A stretch of DNA of 64,000 bases, taken from contig CAYXAL010000001.1 in NCBI GenBank assembly GCA_964463015.1, positions 100,091-164,090 on the forward strand, written 5' to 3'. Shown one piece after another: positions 8,553-18,585 of the stretch (the first letter of the stretch is position 1; each line of letters begins with the position of its first letter). The translations under genes were made by a program, and so were the position numbers. The notes under the pieces are model-generated. The model ran no database searches and was not told where the DNA came from. It saw only the letters and a program-made list of their open reading frames with translations. The stretch comes from an uncultured Ginsengibacter sp. (lineage in GTDB: Bacteria > Bacteroidota > Bacteroidia > Chitinophagales > Chitinophagaceae).

Positions 8553-11500
8553 CTATTGAGACAATGAAATTCGTATCTGTACTCCCGCACGGGTATCAAC
8601 CGTTGGTGCGGAGGATGAAATGTAAGGATTTACCCGTCTCTGATCGAAGTACAATTTTACATTTACACGGTTGCTGATGTAGTAATCAATTGTTGGACTA
8701 ATAGTAATTTCCTTACTTCCATTGGTGGCAAAGCTGCTGTTTTGGTCAAGCCTGCTGTTGCTGCTGACATTATCCCTTACACGAAAATCAAGCTGGAATC
8801 TGATTTCATTTTCCAGTTTCCTGGTATCCTTCTTGGTAAACGGGAGTTTGAAAGGCATCTTTAATCCCCGCTTGCGGAAGCTACCGCTGAAAGTATATTC
8901 TGTGGAGCGCACTTCACTCAATTGAAAATCCACAAGGCTCAGGCTGAGTTGTCTGGATTTATTAAAATCAAACTTGAAGTTGAGTTGATTTGTAAAGCCA
9001 AGATCAATTCCAAACAATGGGGCAAATTGCTCCTGAATGGTGATATTTGGCACCAGGAAGAATGGAATATAGTTGCCGGATACGGAATCGATAAATGAAG
9101 GATAATTGAACCTGTCAATATCCTGGTATCTGAGTGCTGATGTAAAACTGTTCATACCCACCGAACTGGTATAAGCATGATTGATGGCAAAGTTGCTGAA
9201 TATTTTGTCCAATCCCGGAATACGGCTCAGTCCGGTATAGCTTACACGCCAGTTTGGTTTAGGAATAATTCCTCTGAACGGATTGGATTTAATTCCCGGG
9301 TTTCCCTGGTTGATCAACGATATCTTTGATGGATCTTGTCCGGTATAGGCTGCAAGGAATGCTGGCACTAACACATCGACAGCATACCGGCCATATCCCA
9401 TCGCATAACCGTCAGGCCCTATCGGATTGCCAGCCTGCTGGTTGTATTTATTTTGAAGACCAAGCCTTTGAGAGATTACCGACCTGTACTCCTGGAATTT
9501 CAGGAAGGTATTGGAAATCCGGTTGGGGTCATATTTTTCAAAGAGTGTATTAAATGCTATATAGGTCACATTGAAACTCCCATTGATATACGGGCTCAGA
9601 TGAGCAAAATGTAAGCCTGTTCCGGTTGTATCTTTAAAGGTCTCTGAATAATTTTTTGAAAAAGTCTTTTCAATATTCATGTTAATTACCAGGTCGCGGA
9701 TGGGTTCCAACTGTGCAGAAGCGCTGATGCGCTGGTCAAAGGTTTGTGTAAAAAGATCGTTGAAGTTGGAGTCCAGCGAGATAAGCCCTTTGGCCGCAGC
9801 ACGGTTCAGCCAATTTGTATCCGGCTGTCTGCCTAAAATGAAATCAAATCCAGGAGCCATGCTATTCCAATCCTGTCCCAATATCCTCGTACTGTCGGTA
9901 TATCCGGGCAACCGCGTGTTTGCAGTTTGTGATAAAGTGGCATTTACCGATTTGATGCTTGTAAGGATCTTTCCAAAAAACCTTGCGACACCGCTGTTCA
10001 TTCCGCTTGCACCTGACTTTGATTTTGAAGTGTCTGGTGTAGCTGATTTATTTCGCGGCTGATCCAGGTTTTTCAGCCATTTGCTTTTGTTGTAGAGTTT
10101 ATTAAAATCAAGTTGAAGCGTGGCTTCTTCCTGCTGGCCATTTTCCAGAAAGTTACCGAGGTTTACGGCAAGGCGGCTTGCACCGATCCACCGGTAGTTT
10201 GCGGTATATCGTAATTGCAGTGAAGTCCAGTCTGTCAATGGAAGTTTGCTTAACGGAACCTCATAACTGAAATTAATCGATTGATTGAAGGAAACATTTC
10301 TTCCTCCTTTCCAGAAATTCCTTCTCACTGTATCTTTTTTGGCTCTCGTGTCAAGCCTTCCATAAGGCTCGTCTATACGTGCATTATTCAAAGCAGAATA
10401 ATCAAGGCTGAGCGAACGGGTAAAGTTCCATCTCAGAATATAGTTTCTGTCAAACGTGAAATATTTATCATAGGTTTCCTGTGTCGGATATTTATCCACC
10501 CCGATGCTTCTCGGCCTCAGTACTCCAAACTGACGGAAGATATCTGCTTTGAAAGACAATTGGGAAGGCACCGGATTAAAGTTGAAGTCTTTGATAAGGT
10601 CGAACCAATGTGTTTTTGATTTTTTAAACAGCTTCTTGAATGGCTCAATATATCTTGGTTGTGTGGCAAAGTTGTAACCGATACCTCCTCTTTGTTTGGT
10701 TACATTATTGTATTCAATCAACGGGCTACGGGCTGTAGTTTTCGTATAGGCATAGCTGACATCAATATTTTCAATATCCCAGGGTTTGGGTTTTTTGTTG
10801 TTGGTCCTTGTTTTGTGAACGTTTGTGAAGCTCACCGTTTTGGTACTTGCAAAATCTACTGCATTCTTCCGGATACTATCGCGTTCCTGTGCCGATTGTG
10901 CATGACGCAATTTGTCTCTGAGTTTTAAATCCATATCAAACGGATCGTATTCAGGAGTGCTGATGGTCTGGTTTATGCTGGCATAAAAAGGAATGGAAAG
11001 TCCGGCTTCTCTGGGCAACAGTTTGCCCAATTCAAGGTTAGCTGCAGCATCAAATTGTACAAAATTGTCTTTGAATCTTTCATTGATTTTTTGCTCCAGA
11101 TTGCCAAATCCGCTGCTGTGTGTATTGGCAGAAATGCTGATAGTGCCCAGGTCTGCAAGGGCTGCATCGATTCTGGCCAGAGAGGCCCATCCTCCCTTAT
11201 CATCTATGGAAGAAAGCCTTAATTCATTAAACCACAATTCACCGGTAGCAGAGGTGGCATTGGTGTTTTCCACACCCATAAGGATCCCTTTTACCTCACC
11301 AAGGTTTGGATTTCCCATTATAGAATAGGTGTGACCGTTAGATTGCAGCTCTGAAAATACTTTATTGACCGGCGTATTCGAAAGATTTCGGTCTGTCTTC
11401 AATGAAGTGAGAGCAGTAAGATCAAGATCGAGGTTATTGCTCTTGATCCAGAGTGTGTCGTTGTACGCATCACTGTTTGGATCAAGGCCGGTATTCAGTG

Positions 11501-14500
11501 GAGTTAGTTTTAGCGGTATTCGTACTTCATAATAGTTGCTTACAAAGTCGCTTCCAAGTCGGATCACTGCGGTCAGATCACGGTCGTTGAGGAAAGTTTC
11601 TCCATTACGTTCGGCATGAATGTACAATTCAAGTTTTTTAAACTGCCTCAGATCACGGTTGCCAAAAGTTTGAAAAACGGCCTTACCATCTGATTTAGAA
11701 AGGTTGTTAAACTGTAACGATAGTGATTGTTCGTTTTGTAAGAGGTTGACACCATTGTTACTCAGCGTCTGTACACGCTCAATATCACGTGGAGTACGAT
11801 ATGGGAGCGGCTGGCGTTTATCATTCTCTTCAATATTTACGGCGCCGACATTGAAGTCATTGGTATTTTCCGGAGTATAATTTCCGGTAGTGTCCATTTT
11901 ATACTGGAATTTTCTCCAACTGTTTCTTACCAGATCCAATTTCCCAAATCGGACGGTGACACTGTCTTCAAACCCTGTAAGGAACATACGGATAAATCGA
12001 ATGGATTTGAAGTCGGGGATATTTCCGACTTTCTTGTTGTACTTATCGATCGGTATTCTGAACTGATACCAGGTTTCATTGCGTACAGTGCCATCCACAA
12101 GTTTTACACCAACGACCTTCTTGTCGACAATGTTGTTTACTCCAATAGACATCTCAGGGGCAGAAGGTGGTTTCAGGGTCACTACATACTGAAAATATTC
12201 TTCTGTTTCATTTAGTGTATTGTCTTTATTGGCGTCCTCCTGATCGGGATACATGGTGGCTGCTGAAGAAAATTGCGCATTGTTATCAGCGATCGGTGAA
12301 TTGCCCTGCGGGTTATTGTATTTCTTATATCTGGCCAGGATTCCGGCATTTTCTGCATCCAGATTGTTGCCTCTGTAGTATTGATAATTATCCGCAGAAG
12401 GATCTGCAAGGGCGTCTCGGTAAATTTTAGAGTTCACTCCAAAATTAGCCGCCAGTACGTTTAGATAATCGTTCTTTCTGTAGCTTGCTTCGGCGCTGTC
12501 TGTCAATCCATCAAATCCAACATCCTGGTAAGGACGGTCTCTTGGGTCATTGCTGAATGCGTTGGTTACCTGTGTAGGATTTCTTGGTACGACTCCCCAA
12601 ACAGATGTATCCACCTGAGCCGGTAAGTTTGGAGTGGGTAGTCCGTTTTCGTAAAACCTTCTTGAATCTTTCAACACATCTTCGGAAATATTTCCAAGGT
12701 TTATATAGAATTTCCCCCCGCTGCTGTTGGGATCCAATACAAACGGATCCTGTACCCACATTTCAATATATTCAATATTGGCGGTTTCAAAATCTGTCTG
12801 ATCAATAGAACGCATTAAGCCGCCCCACTTTGTTTTTGGATTCAGGAATTTTCCATTGGCGTTGATATTGGCAGGAGAAGATTCGAAATTGTAAGGCCCT
12901 CTGTCTGTTGGGTAGTAAGAGAGGTCAAAGGTGATCAGTTGATTTTGTCCAAAGTCGGTTGTTCTTTGAGGAAATATTTCTGTTTGTGAAATTGCCCTTA
13001 CTCTCGGATCAGACAACGCTTCCTTGTTTCCGCGAAGCGGGTTATTAATATTTTTCGGGTCTTGTAATGTAGGTTCAATCTGATACCATGAAATAGCTGC
13101 ACGATTCTTACCGTAGTCCAATGAATTACTTTCACTGGCTTCAGGAAATAAAACATTGCCAAATTCATCGGTAGCGCCTTCCGGTGTGGACGCCAAAATC
13201 CAGCTGATGGGTGGAAAGCGCAGGTCAATATCACTGCGGCTTCCTTCAAAATTGTCTATATAGATCACGCCATTCTTGCCTCTTCCAATCTGTGGTGCAT
13301 GGCCGGGTTTGAAGAATGCCCCTTCTGCATACGCATTGATGGAAGATGGAGCTGTGGAATAAAAGAAAGGTAACTTATTCAGTATTTTTGTTAACCGGGG
13401 TAAATCTCTCCGGTAACTCACATCCAATCCATACATGGTATTACGGATAGGATCTTCGCCATAATCTACTTTGGTAAAGAATGGCCGCTCACTCAGCCTC
13501 ACGATTGTACCGCCAATGGATAATTGCTCTTTTGCCGTATTTTTCAACAGATAATCCAATCGCAGACCGAGATAACTTTTTTGCTGCATTCCAAATGTGG
13601 CATTGTTTTCAAAGTTGACCTGCACCGGCAATCCGGCGTTGATGATGGCCTGGTTAATGATTTTTATGGTACCCAGATCGTAGTTAATCGTATAGTCAAT
13701 ATTTTCCTGAAGTTGCTGTCCTCCTGCGGTTACTGTTACTGATCCCGGAGGAATATTGTAACCGATACTGATATCCGAAGAAGCTGAAGACTTTGCCGAT
13801 CCTTTCAGAAGAAATCTGTCAAGGTTAGGGTATCGGTTGGTTGCCGTAGCCTTAATACTGTCGTAAAGCGGGTAATACAAACTGTCGGCCCCTATTGCAG
13901 GATTGCTGAATACCTTGGGGCTTAGATCGCGGCCAAATGGTTCAAGCAAAGGGAAGATGATTCGACTGTATTGACTCAATACGGTATAGCCTTCCACAAA
14001 GTCAAACATTCCATCCGGCTGAGGGTCGTTTTGATTGTTGAGTCTGTCCAGATTTACCAGGGAGATGATCGGTGTGCCCTGATTTAAATCGCCGAAGGGT
14101 AAATATCTTTTCGCTCCATAACCAGGCTGTTCATAAAGTACATTCAACTGAAAATCCTGGCGTTCCAATGTGCCAAATCCTACACTGTACACATTTTTCA
14201 TCATCAGTCCCCAGATAGGAAGTGTCGGACGCTGTGAGGTAGCCTTTAATAATTTCAGGAACAGTACTTTTTGATTGCTGCTTAGTGAATCGGGTGGCAC
14301 ATCAGTAGAAAATTCACCTACCTGATAAATCTTCCCATTGTAAGAATATTGGTATGCCACAGCAAGAACCTCATCCGATTGTAGCGGTTGACTCAATGAT
14401 AAAAATCCGACTCTTGGGTTGTAAATGTATTGGGTGCTGTCTAATTTTCTGGCGTAGGTTTTTTCAAAATCCTGTACCGGACTAAGTCCCATACCGATTA

Positions 14501-15728
14501 GCTGGCCGGTAATCAATGTGGCGTTGCGGCTATTCGGATTGCTCAGGATAGAACTGTATTCATCATTGGTATTGTTGTCGGGCAAATTGCCGGTAATGGC
14601 AAACGGATGGTAAGGATTATTTTCTGCCAGATCCATAAGCCCCACGATCTCACGAGTGTCCCGTGTGGCGCTGTTCTTATTGGTCACCCATACTTCCATT
14701 TTTAATATCTGCACAGGAGTCGTTACCGCAGGCAGATTGCTCATGACTTTATTGTAGTTGTTTCTGAAATATTGTGCCAACAGGAAGTGCCTGTTTTCTT
14801 CATATTCATCTGCCTTAAACTCAAAATCCTGAGCTGCTGCTCCTCCCTGAAGGTTGACTGATTCGCGCTGTGATTTTTGATTGGCTAATACACCGGTGAT
14901 GTATAGTTTTCCAAATTGTAATTGCGTCTTTATTCCAAACAGAGACTGCGCACCGGGTATCAGTGTACTGCGATTGGGGAGCGATACATTTCCGGCTTCA
15001 AATCTTTTAATGATTTCGTCGTCTTTTCCCGTATAGTCTAATTTCAGTTGGTTGGTGAAGTCAAGATTGGCAAGTGTGTTGTAACTGATCGGAAATTTGA
15101 GTTTGTCTCCGATGTTGGCATTTACATTGAGTTGGGCGCTCATGTTAAAATCAAATCCACCATTCTTTCGCGCTCGCTCAGGCAGGGTAGGGTTTTTAAT
15201 ATTCTGGCCTTGATATCCTGCTGTGATATCCACATTTCCCTGGGGTTGAATCTCTATTTTACCATTCCCGAAAAGCCGGTTAAAGAGATTGTCGTACAGG
15301 GTCAGTTTGGGTTTGATTCTTCCCCGGTTTAACAGGCTGAGTGTATTGCTTCTTTCGCGGAAATATTGAGTCTCTTGTCTCCTGGCTTCCATTTGCCTGA
15401 ATTCTTCCTCTGTGTAATAGGTAGGTGTGCGATAATATTTTGTACCTATTTTTTCATAAACAATGTAAGTTTTTGTCTTTGGATCGTAGGCAATAGAGTC
15501 TGTAATGTTTGGCGGCAGTTTCAGGTCGAATACGGAGGGCGGATGGGCCAGAAAATCACCTCTGCGATCATGAATCGGGAAGGGAAGTGTATCTTTAACT
15601 CTGTTTTGAGTACCTGCATTATTCTGTCCGCTGGCAGCTGGCGATAAGGCTACAGCCAGAAAAATAAGAAAACAATAGCTTAATAATCTCTTTTGAAGAT
15701 TAAAAGGTTCTTTAGGGAACATCCACAA
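8553..15728 (-). CDS. sprA: Gliding motility / type IX secretion system protein SprA (Sov) homolog
   Basis: Single 2391-aa ORF with an N-terminal signal peptide. Size and Bacteroidetes context match SprA (about 2400 aa in Flavobacterium johnsoniae). Co-directional 23 bp downstream of ruvA. Confidence 0.8.
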   Translation of the reverse strand: MWMFPKEPFNLQKRLLSYCFLIFLAVALSPAASGQNNAGTQNRVKDTLPFPIHDRRGDFLAHPPSVFDLKLPPNITDSIAYDPKTKTYIVYEKIGTKYYRTPTYYTEEEFRQMEARRQETQYFRERSNTLSLLNRGRIKPKLTLYDNLFNRLFGNGKIEIQPQGNVDITAGYQGQNIKNPTLPERARKNGGFDFNMSAQLNVNANIGDKLKFPISYNTLANLDFTNQLKLDYTGKDDEIIKRFEAGNVSLPNRSTLIPGAQSLFGIKTQLQFGKLYITGVLANQKSQRESVNLQGGAAAQDFEFKADEYEENRHFLLAQYFRNNYNKVMSNLPAVTTPVQILKMEVWVTNKNSATRDTREIVGLMDLAENNPYHPFAITGNLPDNNTNDEYSSILSNPNSRNATLITGQLIGMGLSPVQDFEKTYARKLDSTQYIYNPRVGFLSLSQPLQSDEVLAVAYQYSYNGKIYQVGEFSTDVPPDSLSSNQKVLFLKLLKATSQRPTLPIWGLMMKNVYSVGFGTLERQDFQLNVLYEQPGYGAKRYLPFGDLNQGTPIISLVNLDRLNNQNDPQPDGMFDFVEGYTVLSQYSRIIFPLLEPFGRDLSPKVFSNPAIGADSLYYPLYDSIKATATNRYPNLDRFLLKGSAKSSASSDISIGYNIPPGSVTVTAGGQQLQENIDYTINYDLGTIKIINQAIINAGLPVQVNFENNATFGMQQKSYLGLRLDYLLKNTAKEQLSIGGTIVRLSERPFFTKVDYGEDPIRNTMYGLDVSYRRDLPRLTKILNKLPFFYSTAPSSINAYAEGAFFKPGHAPQIGRGKNGVIYIDNFEGSRSDIDLRFPPISWILASTPEGATDEFGNVLFPEASESNSLDYGKNRAAISWYQIEPTLQDPKNINNPLRGNKEALSDPRVRAISQTEIFPQRTTDFGQNQLITFDLSYYPTDRGPYNFESSPANINANGKFLNPKTKWGGLMRSIDQTDFETANIEYIEMWVQDPFVLDPNSSGGKFYINLGNISEDVLKDSRRFYENGLPTPNLPAQVDTSVWGVVPRNPTQVTNAFSNDPRDRPYQDVGFDGLTDSAEASYRKNDYLNVLAANFGVNSKIYRDALADPSADNYQYYRGNNLDAENAGILARYKKYNNPQGNSPIADNNAQFSSAATMYPDQEDANKDNTLNETEEYFQYVVTLKPPSAPEMSIGVNNIVDKKVVGVKLVDGTVRNETWYQFRIPIDKYNKKVGNIPDFKSIRFIRMFLTGFEDSVTVRFGKLDLVRNSWRKFQYKMDTTGNYTPENTNDFNVGAVNIEENDKRQPLPYRTPRDIERVQTLSNNGVNLLQNEQSLSLQFNNLSKSDGKAVFQTFGNRDLRQFKKLELYIHAERNGETFLNDRDLTAVIRLGSDFVSNYYEVRIPLKLTPLNTGLDPNSDAYNDTLWIKSNNLDLDLTALTSLKTDRNLSNTPVNKVFSELQSNGHTYSIMGNPNLGEVKGILMGVENTNATSATGELWFNELRLSSIDDKGGWASLARIDAALADLGTISISANTHSSGFGNLEQKINERFKDNFVQFDAAANLELGKLLPREAGLSIPFYASINQTISTPEYDPFDMDLKLRDKLRHAQSAQERDSIRKNAVDFASTKTVSFTNVHKTRTNNKKPKPWDIENIDVSYAYTKTTARSPLIEYNNVTKQRGGIGYNFATQPRYIEPFKKLFKKSKTHWFDLIKDFNFNPVPSQLSFKADIFRQFGVLRPRSIGVDKYPTQETYDKYFTFDRNYILRWNFTRSLSLDYSALNNARIDEPYGRLDTRAKKDTVRRNFWKGGRNVSFNQSINFSYEVPLSKLPLTDWTSLQLRYTANYRWIGASRLAVNLGNFLENGQQEEATLQLDFNKLYNKSKWLKNLDQPRNKSATPDTSKSKSGASGMNSGVARFFGKILTSIKSVNATLSQTANTRLPGYTDSTRILGQDWNSMAPGFDFILGRQPDTNWLNRAAAKGLISLDSNFNDLFTQTFDQRISASAQLEPIRDLVINMNIEKTFSKNYSETFKDTTGTGLHFAHLSPYINGSFNVTYIAFNTLFEKYDPNRISNTFLKFQEYRSVISQRLGLQNKYNQQAGNPIGPDGYAMGYGRYAVDVLVPAFLAAYTGQDPSKISLINQGNPGIKSNPFRGIIPKPNWRVSYTGLSRIPGLDKIFSNFAINHAYTSSVGMNSFTSALRYQDIDRFNYPSFIDSVSGNYIPFFLVPNITIQEQFAPLFGIDLGFTNQLNFKFDFNKSRQLSLSLVDFQLSEVRSTEYTFSGSFRKRGLKMPFKLPFTKKDTRKLENEIRFQLDFRVRDNVSSNSRLDQNSSFATNGSKEITISPTIDYYISNRVNVKLYFDQRRVNPYISSSAPTVDTRAGVQIRISLSQ

Positions 15729-15751
15729 TTCTGATTAGGGGTAGAGATGGG

Positions 15752-16336
15752 TCAAATGGCTTTCAGGGCTTTTTTTATAAGGTCTTCTAATTGTGTAATT
15801 GTGTTGTCAGATTGAGTTACTTTTTTGATGGCCTGGTCAGCTAATGGTCGGCTGATGCCAAGAGCTACCAATGCATTTAACGCATCTAAGCTCAAAGTAT
15901 TGCCATTGAACTCATGAATAGCCGGTTGAGTTGCTGATTTACCAATCTTATCTTTTAATTCTAACACTAGCCTTTCTGCTGTCTTTTTCCCGATTCCCTT
16001 TACACTTTCCAATATTCTTGGGTTGTTCAGTACAATGGCATTCATGATTTCATCCGGTTTCATACTACTTAGCATCATACGGGCTGTGGCAGCGCCTACT
16101 CCGGATACACTGATTAAAGCTAAGAACATTTCTTTTTCCGCCAAATCAAAAAATCCATATAGCGTATGTGCATCTTCTTTAATCTGCAGATGCGTGAAGA
16201 GCTTTCCTTCCACCAATGCCTGAATTTTAGTATAGGTATTCAGGCTTATGTTCACCTCATACCCGACACCTTGCACGTCGATGTAAACAACTGCAGGGCT
16301 TTTATAGGCAAATTTTCCGGTTAAGTACGCGATCAT
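15752..16336 (-). CDS. ruvA: Holliday junction branch migration protein RuvA
   Basis: 194 aa. N-terminal OB fold (MIAYLTGKFAYKSPAVVYIDVQGVGYEVNIS), tandem HhH motifs (GVGAATARMMLS, VKGIGKKTAERLVLELK) and a C-terminal domain. Confidence 0.9.
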   Translation of the reverse strand: MIAYLTGKFAYKSPAVVYIDVQGVGYEVNISLNTYTKIQALVEGKLFTHLQIKEDAHTLYGFFDLAEKEMFLALISVSGVGAATARMMLSSMKPDEIMNAIVLNNPRILESVKGIGKKTAERLVLELKDKIGKSATQPAIHEFNGNTLSLDALNALVALGISRPLADQAIKKVTQSDNTITQLEDLIKKALKAI

Positions 16337-16520
16337 AAGTTGATAGAGTTGCCAAAAATAAGGATTTCAGAATGAAAGTGAGTTTGGAAGACGTAAATCG
16401 TTATTGGAGGTATTTTATAATCCCGGGCAAGATCACGATCGGTTTAAATAATCATCATTTGATTCATTTCTCAACTAAATTGTATTTTTAGCGTCTCAAT
16501 TTCAAGAAATTCAGTTTTTA

Positions 16521-17528
16521 ATGAGCAACAATAATGTTACCGCCGCCATCACAGCCGTAAGTGGATATGTGCCTGAGTACAGGCTTACCAATGCCATCCT
16601 GGAAACGATGGTCGACACCAATGATGAGTGGATAAAAACCCGTACAGGAGTGGAAGAAAGACGCATTCTGAAAGGAGAAAATCAGGGTGTCAGTGCGATG
16701 GCTATTCCCGCCGTTGAACTTCTCCTAAAGAAAAGAGGGATCGGGCCTGAAGAAATTGATTGTCTGATTTGTTGTACGGTCACTCCGGATATGGTTTTTC
16801 CGGCTACTGCCAATATTATTTGTGATAAGGTAGGGGCAAAAAATGCTTTTGGATTTGACCTGTCCGCAGCCTGCTCAGGATTTCTTTTTGGCGTTACTAC
16901 CGGCACTTCCTTTATTGAGAGTGGCCGTTATAAAAAAGTGATTGTGGTGGGCGCAGATAAAATGAGTGCAATTGTAGATTATTCAGATCGTAAGACATGT
17001 ATCCTGTTTGGAGATGGCGCCGGCGCAATTTTACTTGAACCCAATAATGATGGTTTTGGGATACAGGATAGCTTGTTGCGATCTGACGGATCAGGAGCAC
17101 AATATCTGAAAATGGTGGCCGGAGGCTCTGCTCATCCGGCGTCTGTTGAATCTGTTATGGCCAAAGAACATTACATCTATCAGGAAGGGCAGACTGTTTT
17201 TAAGTTTGCTGTCAAAGGAATGGCAGATGTCAGTTACGAATTGCTGCAAAAGAATAATCTCACCGGTGATGATATTGCCTGGCTGGTGCCACATCAGGCT
17301 AATAAACGGATTATTGATGCTACTGCAGAGCGGATGGGGCTCAGCAAAGAAAAAGTAATGCTTAATATACAACGGTATGGCAATACCACTTCTGCAACCA
17401 TCCCACTTTGTCTGTGGGAATGGGAATCCCAACTAAGGAAAGGGGACTTGATCGTACTTGCTGCATTTGGAGGCGGATTCACATGGGGGGCTACCCTTGT
17501 GAAATGGGCCTATGATACTAAAAAATAG
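16521..17528 (+). CDS. fabH: 3-oxoacyl-ACP synthase III
   Basis: 335 aa. Active-site Cys context (GFDLSAACSGFLFGV). Typical FabH N-terminus (AITAVSGYVPEYRLTNAILETMVDTNDEWIKTRTGVEERRI) and C-terminal HQANKRII ... GNTTSATIP motifs. Confidence 0.9.
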   Translation: MSNNNVTAAITAVSGYVPEYRLTNAILETMVDTNDEWIKTRTGVEERRILKGENQGVSAMAIPAVELLLKKRGIGPEEIDCLICCTVTPDMVFPATANIICDKVGAKNAFGFDLSAACSGFLFGVTTGTSFIESGRYKKVIVVGADKMSAIVDYSDRKTCILFGDGAGAILLEPNNDGFGIQDSLLRSDGSGAQYLKMVAGGSAHPASVESVMAKEHYIYQEGQTVFKFAVKGMADVSYELLQKNNLTGDDIAWLVPHQANKRIIDATAERMGLSKEKVMLNIQRYGNTTSATIPLCLWEWESQLRKGDLIVLAAFGGGFTWGATLVKWAYDTKK

Positions 17529-17613
17529 TTTGAGGATAAAATATCTCTTTAAAAAAACAAAATCAACCCGCAGGGATTTCCCGCAGGTTGAAATCAAAAT
17601 TTCCGCAAAGGCT

Positions 17614-18315
17614 CTATTGATTTGAAAATACCTTTTTCAGAATATCGGTTACTCTTGCTACGGGATCTTTGCGAATCTTCTGTTCTTCCAGGCCAATCTC
17701 ATAAAAAATTCCCTGCAAGGATTTTTCGGTAACATACGCTGTCAGATCGGTATTGACAGGCTTGCTGCTAAATCTGTTGTATGCAGAAAATACATCTTTC
17801 CAGTATTTGGTAGCGTCGGTCTTTTCCAACGATTTTTCTACCACGGGTTTGAAAGCATTGGTAAGCGCTGTAGTGGTATGGTCTTTCAGATATTCGGTAG
17901 CAGCAAAGTCGCCGCCTTTCAATATGCCAATGGCATCCTGAATGGACATGCTCTTAATGGCATTCCAGAAAATCGGACCTGCAAATTGAGCCGCATCTTC
18001 CGCAGCCCGGTTCATACTGAGGATGGCGTTGTCCACCGTTTTTCCCAGGCCGATATTCCTTAGTGTATTTTCAACTTTTTTTGCTTCAGGCGGCATAAGA
18101 ATTTTTATGGCAGCATTCGCAAAAAATCCGTTGACAGCAGAGAGCTTTTTTGAAGCAGAATCAGTGCCTACCCGAAGCGCATCTTTCAGACCGGATGCAA
18201 TCTCTGATGATGAAAGTGAACCATTATTTCCAATGGAACCCGGAATCTGGCTGGTAAGTTCGCAAGACGAAAGGGTAAGGAAAATAATAAGAATCGATAA
18301 TACATTTATTTTCAT
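17614..18315 (-). CDS. Hypothetical lipoprotein (possibly a DUF4197-type periplasmic protein)
   Basis: Lipoprotein-like signal (LTLSSC). About 230 aa, the size class of DUF4197 proteins in Bacteroidetes. Assignment is tentative. Confidence 0.35.
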   Translation of the reverse strand: MKINVLSILIIFLTLSSCELTSQIPGSIGNNGSLSSSEIASGLKDALRVGTDSASKKLSAVNGFFANAAIKILMPPEAKKVENTLRNIGLGKTVDNAILSMNRAAEDAAQFAGPIFWNAIKSMSIQDAIGILKGGDFAATEYLKDHTTTALTNAFKPVVEKSLEKTDATKYWKDVFSAYNRFSSKPVNTDLTAYVTEKSLQGIFYEIGLEEQKIRKDPVARVTDILKKVFSNQ

Positions 18316-18585
18316 AGTAACGGGTTTTGCACAAAAATAATGAATCTGATTGTTCTGAAATTTTTAAGTAGGCAGGGAGCGGGTTGATTACAATAAATTA
18401 TCGAGATTTTTATCCTTCCGGAGGCGGGGATTTTTGTCCTTGTAACCCGGGAGGATTTGGAATTGAATTCCGGAATTATTCAACTTGTCATTTTCCGGCA
18501 TCTTCCCGGCCTGAAAATCTTTTCACTTTTTCCTTCTTCCAATCTTCCCTATTTTTAATCCTTCTATTTACATGCAGAATCTGAT

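Noticed and set aside
8722-15647. Many 60-130-aa ORFs on the + strand inside the sprA coding region (e.g. 9679..10062, 10281..10619, 10993..11328)
   Set aside because: They are antisense to a single uninterrupted 7.2-kb ORF with a signal peptide. They are typical shadow ORFs with no conserved motifs.
17529-17613. Possible bidirectional terminator between convergent fabH and the lipoprotein gene (CAACCCGCAGGGATTTCCCGCAGGTTG)
   Set aside because: The sequence is mostly a direct repeat (CCCGCAGG twice) with only a short outer inverted repeat (CAACC/GGTTG). The hairpin is imperfect, so it is not called as a feature.
18384-18584. 66-aa ORF in the intergenic region upstream of the first EEP gene
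   Set aside because: Low-complexity Pro/Gly/Phe-rich translation, no start context. It is more likely a promoter/5'UTR region.
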